In this document: in pieces, positions 49,772 through 59,091 of the stretch | Layout: every line of letters begins with the position of its first letter | Numbering within the stretch: the stretch's first letter is position 1 | Source of the DNA: an uncultured Burkholderiaceae bacterium | GTDB taxonomy: Bacteria; Pseudomonadota; Gammaproteobacteria; Burkholderiales; Burkholderiaceae_E | Reading direction: 5' to 3' | Assembly (NCBI GenBank): GCA_964509685.1 | Contig: CAZDYQ010000006.1 | Coordinates: 176-64,175 of the forward strand | Length of the DNA: 64,000 nucleotides | Notes under the pieces: generated by a model | Database searches by the model: none | Told to the model about the DNA's origin: nothing | The model's input: the letters and a program-made list of their open reading frames with translations, nothing else | Program-made: the position numbers and the translations under genes

Positions 49772-52003
49772 TCAGTACAACGCCTGGACGGAGAACCGTA
49801 GCGTACGCCCGCGCGCCGGGAAAAGGTACTGGGCGCCCCAGTACTGGGTCGGGGCGTCGCGCCAGTAGCGACGATCGAAGACATTGTCGATGCCCACCCG
49901 CCAGATCGTCGCGGTGCGGCCGATGCGCCGCCTGAACGCGAGATCCGTGTCGTACTGCGCCCAGGAGCCGATCTCCACCGACCGGTCCGCGAACACGGCC
50001 TTCCTGCCGGAGTAGGTGACCTGGTGGCTCCACGCGAGGCCCTCCACGCCCGGTACCCGCCAGGCCAGGCGCGCTGCGGCGGTGAGCGGCGCCGTGTTCG
50101 GGGTTCGACCGCCGACGAGGGCGGGATCGGGACTGCGCCGGATCTTCGCGTCCAGCCAGGTCGCTTGCAGCTGGGCGTCCAGGCGGGGCGACAGCCGCCC
50201 CGTCCAGCCGACCTCGATGCCTCGATGGCGCGCCTCGCGCGCGCCGGCCACGCGCAGCACGCTGCCGTCGGGCTGTTCGACATCGTCCCCGAACGGCTTG
50301 TCCACCTGGAAGAACGTGACGGAGAACAGCCCGCCGTGATCGAGCGCCTGGCGCCAGCCGATCTCGACCTGCGTGCTGACCAGCGCCTCCAGCGCCTGCC
50401 CGTAGTTGACGTAGTCCTGCGGGCGGTTGGGCACCGACTCGGTCTCGACCCCCTCTCCCGCCGAGACATAGGCGAAGCCGCGCGTCCCGACCTTCAGCCC
50501 GAGCGCGGCCCAGGGCGTGGTGAAGCTTTGCTCGAGCGCGACGGGCTCGGTGCCGTCCGTGCGGATGCTGGTGCGTTCGAGGCGGGTGTGGCGAAGCCCC
50601 GCCCACAGCGACAGCCTGTCGGTGAGCCGCATCGCGTCGTGGACATGGATCTCCCGGCTGCGCGAGTTCGAGTCCGTGTTCGTGACGGTCAGGGCCGGAT
50701 CGGCCGGCAGCACCACGGGATCGAACATGTTCCCGACGCCGACGAAGTTGTAGGCCTGGCCGTCCGCAGGTCGCTCCCGGTAGCGGTTCTGGGTGATGCC
50801 GACGCTCAGGTCGTGGCGAATGGCACCCGTGTGGAGCGTGGTCCCGATGCCGGCATCGACCACGTCCATGACCCGCCGTTCGCCCTCGGTGCGGAAATCG
50901 TACAGGTCGAAGTCGCCGTTGCCGCAGAAGCCGGGATACACGTACACGGGGCCGCTGCTGCAACCATCGGGGAACGGCAGCCGGTCGTCCGTCGCGATGT
51001 GCTGGCGCTGCCAGCGCAGCCGCCAGTGCCAGCCGTCCAGCTGCTGCGACAGGCGCAGCGAACCCACCGTGGAGCGGCTCTCGAACGGCAGCGCCCACGG
51101 CTGCGCGGCGAGGTTGAGCGACGGATCCACCGGGGCCGGCAGCGACTCGGCGAACCCGTCGCCATCGACATCGAGGAGCCCGAACCCGGGCACGCTGGGC
51201 TGGCGGAAGCGGTGATGCTCGAACTCGGCCTCGAGCAGCAGCCCCCGGGGCAGCCGCACGTCGAAGAAACCGCTGGCGAAGCGGCGCTGGCCGTCCGCCG
51301 CATCGACGTCCGGGCGCAACTGCTCGGCGGCGAGGTTCACGCGGTACCCGACCGTGCCCGCGCCGAGCCGCCCGCCGACGTCGGCATGCAGCCGGGTAGT
51401 GCCGCGTTCGGAGACGCCGAACTCCACCGCACGCAGGTCGTCCGGCGTGGGGCGCTTGAGGACATGGTTGACCAGGCCTCCGGGCGCCGACGTGCCGGCC
51501 TGGATGCCCGACAGCCCCCTGAGGAGCTCGATGCGCTCCCGGTTCTCCAGGGCGGTGGGGGCATGGCTCGAGATCGCCATGCCGTCGCGGCGATAGTTGC
51601 CGACGCTGTCCAGCAGGAAGCCGCGGATCTGCAGGCTCTCGGGGTAGCCCACCGTGTTGTAGTGGTCCGCGACGGAAGTCTCGAGCCGGATCGCGTCCGA
51701 CAGGGTGCGCGACCCCCGTTCCTCGAGCGACTCCGCATCGATCACCGAGATCGACTGCGGCGTCTCGGCAAGCGGCGCGGCGCCGAAGCCGCCCACGGTC
51801 GTGGCCGCGCGCGCCGGCGCCCACGCCGTGCCGTCGCGCGAGGCATCGACCACGACGGGGGCGAGTGTACCCGTCTGGGCCCCGACCGGTGCGGTGGCCG
51901 CGAGGCCCGCCGCGAGAAGTGCGAGCGGGATCGGGCGCCAAGGGACGCGGGCGCGACGGACGGACCGACGCGCGGGCATTTCGGGAAGGAATACACGAGC
52001 CAT
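49772..52003 (-). CDS. TonB-dependent outer-membrane transporter under TPP-riboswitch control; candidate thiamine or thiamine-precursor receptor.
   Basis: ORF 49772..52177 trimmed to MARVFLPEMPARRSV at 52003, preceded by GAGGAAA. Plug region ETPQSISVIDAESLEERGSRTLSDAIR and RIELLRGLSGIQAGTSAPGGLVNHVLK. C-terminal LRFSVQALY. Confidence 0.85.
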   Translation of the reverse strand: MARVFLPEMPARRSVRRARVPWRPIPLALLAAGLAATAPVGAQTGTLAPVVVDASRDGTAWAPARAATTVGGFGAAPLAETPQSISVIDAESLEERGSRTLSDAIRLETSVADHYNTVGYPESLQIRGFLLDSVGNYRRDGMAISSHAPTALENRERIELLRGLSGIQAGTSAPGGLVNHVLKRPTPDDLRAVEFGVSERGTTRLHADVGGRLGAGTVGYRVNLAAEQLRPDVDAADGQRRFASGFFDVRLPRGLLLEAEFEHHRFRQPSVPGFGLLDVDGDGFAESLPAPVDPSLNLAAQPWALPFESRSTVGSLRLSQQLDGWHWRLRWQRQHIATDDRLPFPDGCSSGPVYVYPGFCGNGDFDLYDFRTEGERRVMDVVDAGIGTTLHTGAIRHDLSVGITQNRYRERPADGQAYNFVGVGNMFDPVVLPADPALTVTNTDSNSRSREIHVHDAMRLTDRLSLWAGLRHTRLERTSIRTDGTEPVALEQSFTTPWAALGLKVGTRGFAYVSAGEGVETESVPNRPQDYVNYGQALEALVSTQVEIGWRQALDHGGLFSVTFFQVDKPFGDDVEQPDGSVLRVAGAREARHRGIEVGWTGRLSPRLDAQLQATWLDAKIRRSPDPALVGGRTPNTAPLTAAARLAWRVPGVEGLAWSHQVTYSGRKAVFADRSVEIGSWAQYDTDLAFRRRIGRTATIWRVGIDNVFDRRYWRDAPTQYWGAQYLFPARGRTLRFSVQALY

Positions 52004-52090
52004 CGAGACGTTTCCTCTTCGATGGCAGGGTCGGCGACGGCACGGGTTCGCCGCCTCCCGGAACTCGGCCGGGAAGCGCTCCGGTGCCGA

Positions 52091-52203
52091 AACGCTTCCC
52101 TGCGCAAGTCTTAACTCGATCAGGTTCCGAGGGTCTTTCTCACCCGTCCGCCGAAACGGACCCGTGCCTGCCGGCACGGGATTTCTACGGGACCCCTAGC
52201 GTT
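52091..52203 (-). promoter_or_regulatory. TPP (THI-box) riboswitch aptamer.
   Basis: The minus strand reads AACGCUAGGGGUCC..[long P3]..ACGGGUGAGAAAGACCCUCGGAACCUGAUCGAGUUAAGACUUGCGCAGGGAAGCGUU. The conserved UGAGA, ACCC, CCUGAUC and GCG-AGGGAA cores are present. P1 is AACGC/GCGUU. It aligns block by block with the E. coli thiM aptamer. Confidence 0.85.
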
Positions 52204-52240
52204 CGAGCCCGCATCATAGCCCACGTCGCACGGGCATGCG

Positions 52241-52266
52241 GAAAGGGCGCCTTTCGGCGCCCTTTC
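52241..52266 (-). terminator. Stem-loop downstream of the ndvB-like gene.
   Basis: GAAAGGGCGCC-tttc-GGCGCCCTTTC, an 11-bp stem, ends 20 nt below the stop at 52287. There is no clean U-tract. Confidence 0.5.
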
Positions 52267-52286
52267 CCTTCGGCATGATCCCGTGG

Positions 52287-55025
52287 TCAGCGCGACTGCA
52301 TGCTGCGCGCCGCGGGGGCGAACGGCGGCAGGCCGACCGGCACGAGCGGCCGGCGCCGCGGCGCGGGCTTCATCGGCACCACGTTGGCGGGCAGCGGCTT
52401 CTTCGCGCGGGCGGGCGCCTTCTCGGTGCGCTCCGGCAGCAGCGAGAGCGCCTGGCACACGAGGGCCGCGAGATACGGCGCCGCCAGCAGGGCCAGGACG
52501 CCCATCCACAGGGCCGACTCGATGTGGTCGGGCAGGCGCGTGCGCCACATGCCGATGATGCAGGCGACCAGGCCGGCGAGCAGCATGGCCTCCTCCCGCA
52601 CCGCCCCGAAGCTGCCTCCGGGCGCGCCCTTCTTGCCCTTCTTCGTGATCTCGAAGACCCCGGTCTTCTGGGCGAGGCCCGTGAAGACGCCGGTGGCGAT
52701 CGCATGCGACAGGCCCATGCCCGAGAGCGCGGCACCGAAGACCTCGCCGATCGAGCACGGCACGCGGCGCAGGTAGAGCAGCGGGCCGATGACCACCTTG
52801 GTGATGACGAACACCGCCAGCGGGACCATGAACAGCGTGATCGGCAGGCTGAAGTACTGCGGCGCCGCCATCACGCCGATGGTGTAGAACATGGCGGCGA
52901 ACGCGAACACCAGGTGCAGGGCGTCGCCGATCCACGGCAGCCAGCCCGCCACGAAGTGGTATCGCTGGCCACGCGTCAGCTTGCCCGGGCGAACCAGGTC
53001 GCGCCAGTGCGCCTTCATGATCTGCATGGCGCCCTGCGCCCAGCGCTTGCGCTGCTTGCGGAAGGCGGCGAAATCGTCGGGCGTCAGCCCGCGGCCCATG
53101 ACCCGGTCGATGTACACCGTCTTCATGCCTTCCTTCATCAGGCGAAGGCCGAGCTCGCTGTCCTCGCAGATACACCATTCGGACCAGCGACCGTGTTCCT
53201 TCAGCGCCTGGGCGCGCACCAGCGTCATCGTTCCGTGCTGGATGATCGCGTCGCGTTCGTTGCGATGGTGCATCCCGATGCGGAAGAAGCCGTCGTACTC
53301 CCAGTTCATCATGCGGCGGAAGACCTGGCGGCCCCATTCGCGGTGGGCCTGCGGCGCCTGCACGACCCCGACCCTGGGATCGGCGAAGTGGCCCACGTAG
53401 CCGGACAGCCAGTCGGGTTCGACCACGTAGTCGGCGTCCACCACACCGATGACCTCGGCGCGCGGATCGGTCTGCGACAGCGCGAAGTTGAGCGCGCCCG
53501 CCTTGAAGCCCGGCCACTCGGGCAGGTGGAAGAAGCGGAAGTTCTCGCCCAGGGTCGCCATGTGGGCCTCGACGGGCTTCCACAGCGCCTCGTCGCGCGT
53601 GTTGTTGTCGACCACGATGACTTCGTAGTTGGCGTAGTCGAGGCGGCGCAGGCTCTCGATCGTCGTGATGACCATCTCCGGCGGCTCGTTGCAGCACGCG
53701 AGATGGATCGACACGAAGGGCTGCCGATCGGGTTCGAGCGGCTTCGTCGGGGCGAACTCCCGACGCAGGTTGCCCTTCCAGAAGAGCTCGACGAACTCGA
53801 AGGCATGCGACAGCAGGATGGCGGCCATCACGCCCAGCGACGGAACGAGCAGGACCAGCGCGGCCCAGTCGATGGGGCGCAGGTAGAAGTCGAACGGCAG
53901 GGCGACCAGCCACACCAGGAACGAGGCGACCGCCTGCGCGCTCAGCGCGAAGGCGAAGCGGCTCACGAGGCGCATGTTCGAGAACGCGAGGCAGAACCAG
54001 ACGAGCGGACCGAAGGCGAGCAGGCAGGCGATCACCGCCTTGTCGTACCAGTTCGGGTCGGCGTAGATCTTCCCGTCGAAGCTGAACTTCTCCTTGCGCT
54101 CGGCGTCGAGCATGCCCCAGTAGGCACCGACCCGGCCCTCGTTGTCGATCTTCCATGGCTGGTCGATCGCCTCCATCAGGAAGTAGTCGATGTTCGTGTC
54201 TTCGACCCGGGAGAGGAACTCGCGCAGGAACACGGCCTGGGAGGCGGGCGAGGTCTGGGCGCCGTCGAAGCGGTCACCCTGGCTCGGCCAGCCGATCTCG
54301 CCGATCACGATGTGCTTGTTCGGGAAGCGCTTGCGCATTTCCTCGAGCCGCTGCAGGGCGTACTCGACCCCACCTTCGTCGGCGGGCACGCCCTCCCAGT
54401 ACGGCAGCAGGTGGACCGTGATGTAGTCCACCGCATCGACCAGCGAGGGGTTGCGCATCCAGACGTGCCACGGCTCGGCGGTCGAGACCGGCACCCGCAG
54501 CTCGCGACGCAGCGCGCGCAGGTAGTCCTTGAGCTCGCTCACCGTGAAGATGCCGTGCAGCAATGTCTCGTTACCGGCGATCACGCGCTCGACCTGGCCG
54601 GCGCGGGCCGCCTCGATCACGGCCGCGATTTCCTTCTGGTTGTTGTCGAGGCGATCGTCGAGCCAGACCCCCGCGGTGAGCTTCAGCCCATGGCGCTGGG
54701 CGAGCTCCGGGATCATCGGGAACTCGCTCGACGTGTATGTCCGGATCCGGTCGGTGTAGGTGGCCAGCAGCGCAAGGTCGGCATCGATGCTTTCCGGGGA
54801 GGGATAGCGCCTCTCGATCGGGCTGTCCCAGCGACCGTATGCGTTGTACGCAAGGCCATGGATCGGGCCCCTGACGACCGGCGCCTCGATGGCGGGGTTC
54901 AGGTAGCTCCACGCCCCCATGTTCGCGGCCCCGACCAACAGCGCTATCGCTATCGCGGCGAACCAGGCGCCCACCCGGGACATCGCGCCCTGGCGTTGGG
55001 GAATGACCGCAGAAACTTGCTGCAT
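52287..55025 (-). CDS. ndvB: Bifunctional GH17 glucan transglycosylase + GT2 beta-1,3-glucan synthase (NdvB-like).
   Basis: 912 aa. N-terminal GH17 motifs IAGNETLL and IGEIGWPSQG. Central TM segments. GT2 motifs VIVVDNNT, VVDADY and RKQRKRWAQG (QxxRW). This architecture is known for Pseudomonas and Bradyrhizobium NdvB. Confidence 0.8.
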   Translation of the reverse strand: MQQVSAVIPQRQGAMSRVGAWFAAIAIALLVGAANMGAWSYLNPAIEAPVVRGPIHGLAYNAYGRWDSPIERRYPSPESIDADLALLATYTDRIRTYTSSEFPMIPELAQRHGLKLTAGVWLDDRLDNNQKEIAAVIEAARAGQVERVIAGNETLLHGIFTVSELKDYLRALRRELRVPVSTAEPWHVWMRNPSLVDAVDYITVHLLPYWEGVPADEGGVEYALQRLEEMRKRFPNKHIVIGEIGWPSQGDRFDGAQTSPASQAVFLREFLSRVEDTNIDYFLMEAIDQPWKIDNEGRVGAYWGMLDAERKEKFSFDGKIYADPNWYDKAVIACLLAFGPLVWFCLAFSNMRLVSRFAFALSAQAVASFLVWLVALPFDFYLRPIDWAALVLLVPSLGVMAAILLSHAFEFVELFWKGNLRREFAPTKPLEPDRQPFVSIHLACCNEPPEMVITTIESLRRLDYANYEVIVVDNNTRDEALWKPVEAHMATLGENFRFFHLPEWPGFKAGALNFALSQTDPRAEVIGVVDADYVVEPDWLSGYVGHFADPRVGVVQAPQAHREWGRQVFRRMMNWEYDGFFRIGMHHRNERDAIIQHGTMTLVRAQALKEHGRWSEWCICEDSELGLRLMKEGMKTVYIDRVMGRGLTPDDFAAFRKQRKRWAQGAMQIMKAHWRDLVRPGKLTRGQRYHFVAGWLPWIGDALHLVFAFAAMFYTIGVMAAPQYFSLPITLFMVPLAVFVITKVVIGPLLYLRRVPCSIGEVFGAALSGMGLSHAIATGVFTGLAQKTGVFEITKKGKKGAPGGSFGAVREEAMLLAGLVACIIGMWRTRLPDHIESALWMGVLALLAAPYLAALVCQALSLLPERTEKAPARAKKPLPANVVPMKPAPRRRPLVPVGLPPFAPAARSMQSR

Positions 55026-55541
55026 CGGTAACCTCGTTTCGACCCGGAACCCGCCCGGGGTGGTGAGTCAACAATCCGGGCTCGCCATGCGGCGCACCCG
55101 CTCGCCCCCGGCCGCCTTTCGACGGCCCGTCCACCTCCCGCAACATCACTCGCTTGCCGTCGGAGCCTTGTCGCTGCCCGCTCCGTACGGTGAGTCGAAT
55201 TCGCTCCCTGTCCGGTACCGTGAACGACCTTGCGGGCCGTTCCGGTCCGATGCATATCGCGATCCGTGCGAAAAATTCTAGGGGAAGTGCGAGGGCACTG
55301 CCGGAGGTCAGATCGGAGTGCGCAGGCCAGTGCAATCGACATGCCCACCGACCGTCGCGCATCCCCGCGACTTCTCCGAAAGCCTTGCCTGGCGCGGCTT
55401 TCCGGGACATGCCGGATTCCGGAATCGTCTCGACGGACCGCCCGTTCGACCGCGGCGGGCGCGATTTACGCGACAATCGACGCGCATGCGCCGAATCGGC
55501 GACTTCAACTTCCCCCGGACCGCCACCGCGACGCCACAGGA

Positions 55542-57254
55542 ATGCCCCGATTGGACGAGGACCGCCACCGCCCCAGCCCCCCGACCCCGCCGCGATGGCG
55601 TCGTTTCGTCGCGATCGCCGCGCTCGCCGCGGTGGCGATCGCCGTCGTGACCGCCCAGTACCTTTCGGGCCAGCCCCGGCCGGTCACCGAGGCCGACGAC
55701 GACCAGATCGCATGCGTGTCCTATGCGCCGTTCCGCAAGCCGGGGGAGACACCGTTCGATCCGCAGGCGCGTGTCGATCCGGAGCGGGTGCGCGAGGACC
55801 TCGAGCAGCTGTCGCTGCGCACGCGCTGCGTGCGCACCTACTCGATCGCGCAGGGGCTCGACGCCGTGCCGACCGTCGCGCAGGAACTCGGCATGAAGGT
55901 GCTGCTCGGCGCCTGGCTGAGCCGCGACGAGGAGGAGAACGCCGCCGAGATGGAGCTGGCCATCGCGCTGGCCAATCGTTTTCCCGACACCGTCCGGGCG
56001 CTCGTCGTGGGCAACGAGGTGCTCCTGCGTCGGGAGCTGCCGGTAGAGGCGCTCGCGGCGCATCTCGAGCGCGCCCGGCGCGACGCGAAGGTGCCGGTGA
56101 CCTATGCCGATGTCTGGGAGTTCTGGCTGAAGAACAAGGAACTCGCGCCGCACACCGACTTCCTCACGATCCACATCCTCCCGTACTGGGAGGACGACCC
56201 GATCGAGGTGGGCGCCGCCGTCCAGCACGTCATCGACATCGCGCGCGAAGTCCGCGACGCGTTCGGCCGTCCGATCCTCATCGGCGAGACCGGCTGGCCG
56301 AGCGAGGGCCGCCAGCGCGAGGGCGCCGTCCCGTCGCTGGTGAACCAGGCCGAGTTCGTCCGCGCCTTCGTCACCGCGGCCGACGAGGCCGGCCTCGACT
56401 ACAACCTGATCGAGGCCTTCGACCAGCCCTGGAAGCGCCAGCTCGAGGGCGCCATGGGCGGCTACTGGGGCGTGCTCGATGCCGAGGGCAAGCCCAAGTT
56501 CCCGTGGCGCGGTCCCGTGGTCGAGGATCCCGATGCCGACCATGGGCTCGTCGCCGCGGCGCTGGGGGCGGTCCTGGGGCTGCTGATCGGCCTGGCCACC
56601 CGGCTGGGACCGGCGGGCAGCATCGGCGCCATGCTCCTGCTGGCGCCGGCGGGGACCATGCTCGTGCGCCAGTGGGACTACATGCTGGTCTGGAACCGCA
56701 ATCCGGTCGAATGGGCGGTGACCGGCGCCTGGATGCTCGTCGGCGCCGCGCTCTGCCTGCTGGCCGCACCGCGGCTCGGGCAGCGGCTCGACGGCCAGCC
56801 GCTCCCGCGACTGCCCGCGGTCGCGCGGGCGCTCGCGCCCGGCGTGCGCGACCGGCTCCTGCCCATCGGCCGGCTGCTGATCCTGGGCGGCGCCTGCGCG
56901 ATGGCGATCATGCTGGTGTTCGACTCGCGCTACCGCGGCTTCCCGTTGCCGCTTTACCTGATGCCCACGACCGCGCTGGCGCTGCTCGCCTGGCTCGGCG
57001 ACCGGCCGCCCTCGTCGGCCGCGGAGGAGCGCGTGCTCGCCCTGGTGCTGGGCGCCGCCAGCATCGTCGTCGCGGTGGAAGAAGGCCCGTCGAACCTCCA
57101 GGCCATGACCTGGTGCGGTCTCGGCGTGGTCCTCGCGCTCGCCTGCTGGCCGCTGCCCGTCGTGCGCCCGGCACACGAAGCTGCCGGCCCGGCGGCGATG
57201 ACCGAAGCTCGCGTGGCGGCAGCGGCGTCAGCGCCGGGCGAGCACCAGGAGTGA
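55542..57254 (+). CDS. GH17-domain protein with a C-terminal multi-TM domain (NdvC-like glucan-modifying enzyme).
   Basis: ORF 55230..57254 trimmed to MPRLDEDRHRPSPP...FVAIAALAAVAIAVV at 55542. GH17 motifs VVGNEVLL and IGETGWPSEG. At least 6 hydrophobic segments after residue 330. Confidence 0.7.
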   Translation: MPRLDEDRHRPSPPTPPRWRRFVAIAALAAVAIAVVTAQYLSGQPRPVTEADDDQIACVSYAPFRKPGETPFDPQARVDPERVREDLEQLSLRTRCVRTYSIAQGLDAVPTVAQELGMKVLLGAWLSRDEEENAAEMELAIALANRFPDTVRALVVGNEVLLRRELPVEALAAHLERARRDAKVPVTYADVWEFWLKNKELAPHTDFLTIHILPYWEDDPIEVGAAVQHVIDIAREVRDAFGRPILIGETGWPSEGRQREGAVPSLVNQAEFVRAFVTAADEAGLDYNLIEAFDQPWKRQLEGAMGGYWGVLDAEGKPKFPWRGPVVEDPDADHGLVAAALGAVLGLLIGLATRLGPAGSIGAMLLLAPAGTMLVRQWDYMLVWNRNPVEWAVTGAWMLVGAALCLLAAPRLGQRLDGQPLPRLPAVARALAPGVRDRLLPIGRLLILGGACAMAIMLVFDSRYRGFPLPLYLMPTTALALLAWLGDRPPSSAAEERVLALVLGAASIVVAVEEGPSNLQAMTWCGLGVVLALACWPLPVVRPAHEAAGPAAMTEARVAAAASAPGEHQE

Positions 57255-57608
57255 AATGACGACGGCGGCGGACGCGGGCTCCGGCGAATAGAGCACGAGC
57301 CCCACGCCCGCGAGCGCCAGCGCGAGGCGGGCGACCCCGCGCCGGCGCAGCACCAGCGCCGCCACCGCGACGGCCAGCGCGGCCCAGCCGAGGCGCTGGC
57401 CGAGAAAGAGCTGGATGAGGGCCGAGCGCGCCGCGCACAGGCCGGACCAGGGATCGGGCTGGCAGGCATGCGCGATCGATTCGGGCTCGACCGCGAGGAA
57501 GCGCAGCAGCGCGGCCACGAGCATCGCCAGCGCGGCCGGCCAGGCGGCCCAGGCGAGCTCCCGGGCGCGCGCGTGCGCCCGCAAGCGCGGGAGCACCCGC
57601 TCACGCAT
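57228..57608 (-). CDS. Hypothetical small membrane protein.
   Basis: Trimmed to MRERVLPRLRAHARAREL at 57608, overlapping the amidase stop by 8 nt. It has 3 to 4 hydrophobic segments. Its 3' end overlaps the convergent GH17 gene by 27 nt. Confidence 0.4.
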   Translation of the reverse strand: MRERVLPRLRAHARARELAWAAWPAALAMLVAALLRFLAVEPESIAHACQPDPWSGLCAARSALIQLFLGQRLGWAALAVAVAALVLRRRGVARLALALAGVGLVLYSPEPASAAVVISLLVLARR

Positions 57609-59091
57609 CGGGCGGCGGCACGAAGCCGCGGTACTCGCGCTCGAGCAGTTCCGCGAAGCGGATCGTGGTGAGGTCGGCCAGGCGCGGTCCGACGATCTGC
57701 ACCCCCACCGGCAGGCCGGCATAGCTGGACCCGGGCGCGGCGAGCGCCATCGGGGCCACGGTGCCCGGCAGGAAGAAAGCGCAGGAGATCCCGGCCCAGA
57801 ACAGCTGCGTGGTGGTCGGCTGCCCGCGGCCGTTCACGTCGATCATCCGCTCCCAGCGCTCGCCCTCCTGCATGTGCGGGAAGGCCGGGGTCGCGGCGGT
57901 CGGGCAGAGCAGGACATCCCAGTCGCGGAAGAAGCGCTCCCAGGCGCCCAGCATCTCGTAGCGACGGTAGTTGAGCCACGCCCACTCGCGATGGCGCAGG
58001 GTGTGGGCACGCAGCATCATGGCCTCGTAGCCCCGGTCGTCCTCGGCGAGATCGGCGGCCCGGGCAAGCTGCTTCTCGAACGTCGCGTCGTCGATCGACC
58101 AGCCCGTCTCGGCCCGCAGCATGAGCACGTACAGACGGTGCGCCTCCTCGAAGTCGAACTCCGGCCGCGCCTCGAAGCTGACCTTCGCCCCCTGCCTCGC
58201 CAGGAACTCGCCCAGTTCCCGCAGCGGCGCCTGCACCGATTCGTCCACCTCGGCCGTCGGGTGGGACGTGACGATGGCCACGCGGAATTGGGAAAGCTTG
58301 TCGTGGATCGCGGGCGGCAGTCGCACCGACCATGCCGCCGCGTCGCGCGCGGACGCACCGGCGGTGAGCTCGAGCGCCAGGGCGAGGTCGCCCGCGCTGC
58401 GCGCGAGCGGACCCACCACGGCGATGTCCTTGGGCACGATCTGCCCCGGGAGCGCATGCCCGTCGGGGGGCACCACGCCGTAGGTGGGCTTGTGGCCGAA
58501 CACGCCGCAATAGTGCGCCGGGTTGCGGATGGAGGCGCCGATGTCGCTGCCGAACTCCAGCGCCGAGAACCCGGCCGCCAGCGCCGCCGCGCTGCCGCCG
58601 GACGAACCGCCGGGGACGCGGGTCGTGTCCCAGGGATTGCAGGTGGTGCCGTAGACCGGGTTGAAGCTCTGCCAGTCGGCGAGCGACACGGGAACATTGG
58701 TCTTTCCGAACACCACCGCGCCCGCCTCGCGCAGGCGCCGCACGACATGCGAGTCACGCGCCGCGATATTGCCGCGCATCGCCGTGAACCCGAAGGTGGT
58801 CGGCAGCCCCTCGATGTCGAAGGACTCCTTGACCGTCATCGGCACCCCGAAGAGCGGCAGCGCGCGATCGGGATGATCGGACGGCAGGCGGTCGAGCCGG
58901 CGCGCCGTTTCGAGCGCCCGGTCGAAGTCGCGCACCACCACCGCGTTGATGCGATCGTCGTGCTCGCGCACGCGCCCGATCGAGGCCTCGAGGGCCTCGA
59001 CGCAGCCGAGCCGGCCGGCCCGGATGGCCGCGGCCACGTCGCGCGCGGAACCGAATGGCAATACCGAGGATTCGCTTGTGTTCGTGCTCAC
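57601..59091 (-). CDS. Amidase (amidase-signature family).
   Basis: GTG start at 59091 is preceded by GGAAGGAGA and overlaps the upstream stop (GTGA). AS signature GGSSGGSAAALAAGFSALEFGSDIGASIRNPA and the catalytic Lys context PMTVKESF are present. Confidence 0.85.
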   Translation of the reverse strand: MSTNTSESSVLPFGSARDVAAAIRAGRLGCVEALEASIGRVREHDDRINAVVVRDFDRALETARRLDRLPSDHPDRALPLFGVPMTVKESFDIEGLPTTFGFTAMRGNIAARDSHVVRRLREAGAVVFGKTNVPVSLADWQSFNPVYGTTCNPWDTTRVPGGSSGGSAAALAAGFSALEFGSDIGASIRNPAHYCGVFGHKPTYGVVPPDGHALPGQIVPKDIAVVGPLARSAGDLALALELTAGASARDAAAWSVRLPPAIHDKLSQFRVAIVTSHPTAEVDESVQAPLRELGEFLARQGAKVSFEARPEFDFEEAHRLYVLMLRAETGWSIDDATFEKQLARAADLAEDDRGYEAMMLRAHTLRHREWAWLNYRRYEMLGAWERFFRDWDVLLCPTAATPAFPHMQEGERWERMIDVNGRGQPTTTQLFWAGISCAFFLPGTVAPMALAAPGSSYAGLPVGVQIVGPRLADLTTIRFAELLEREYRGFVPPPDA

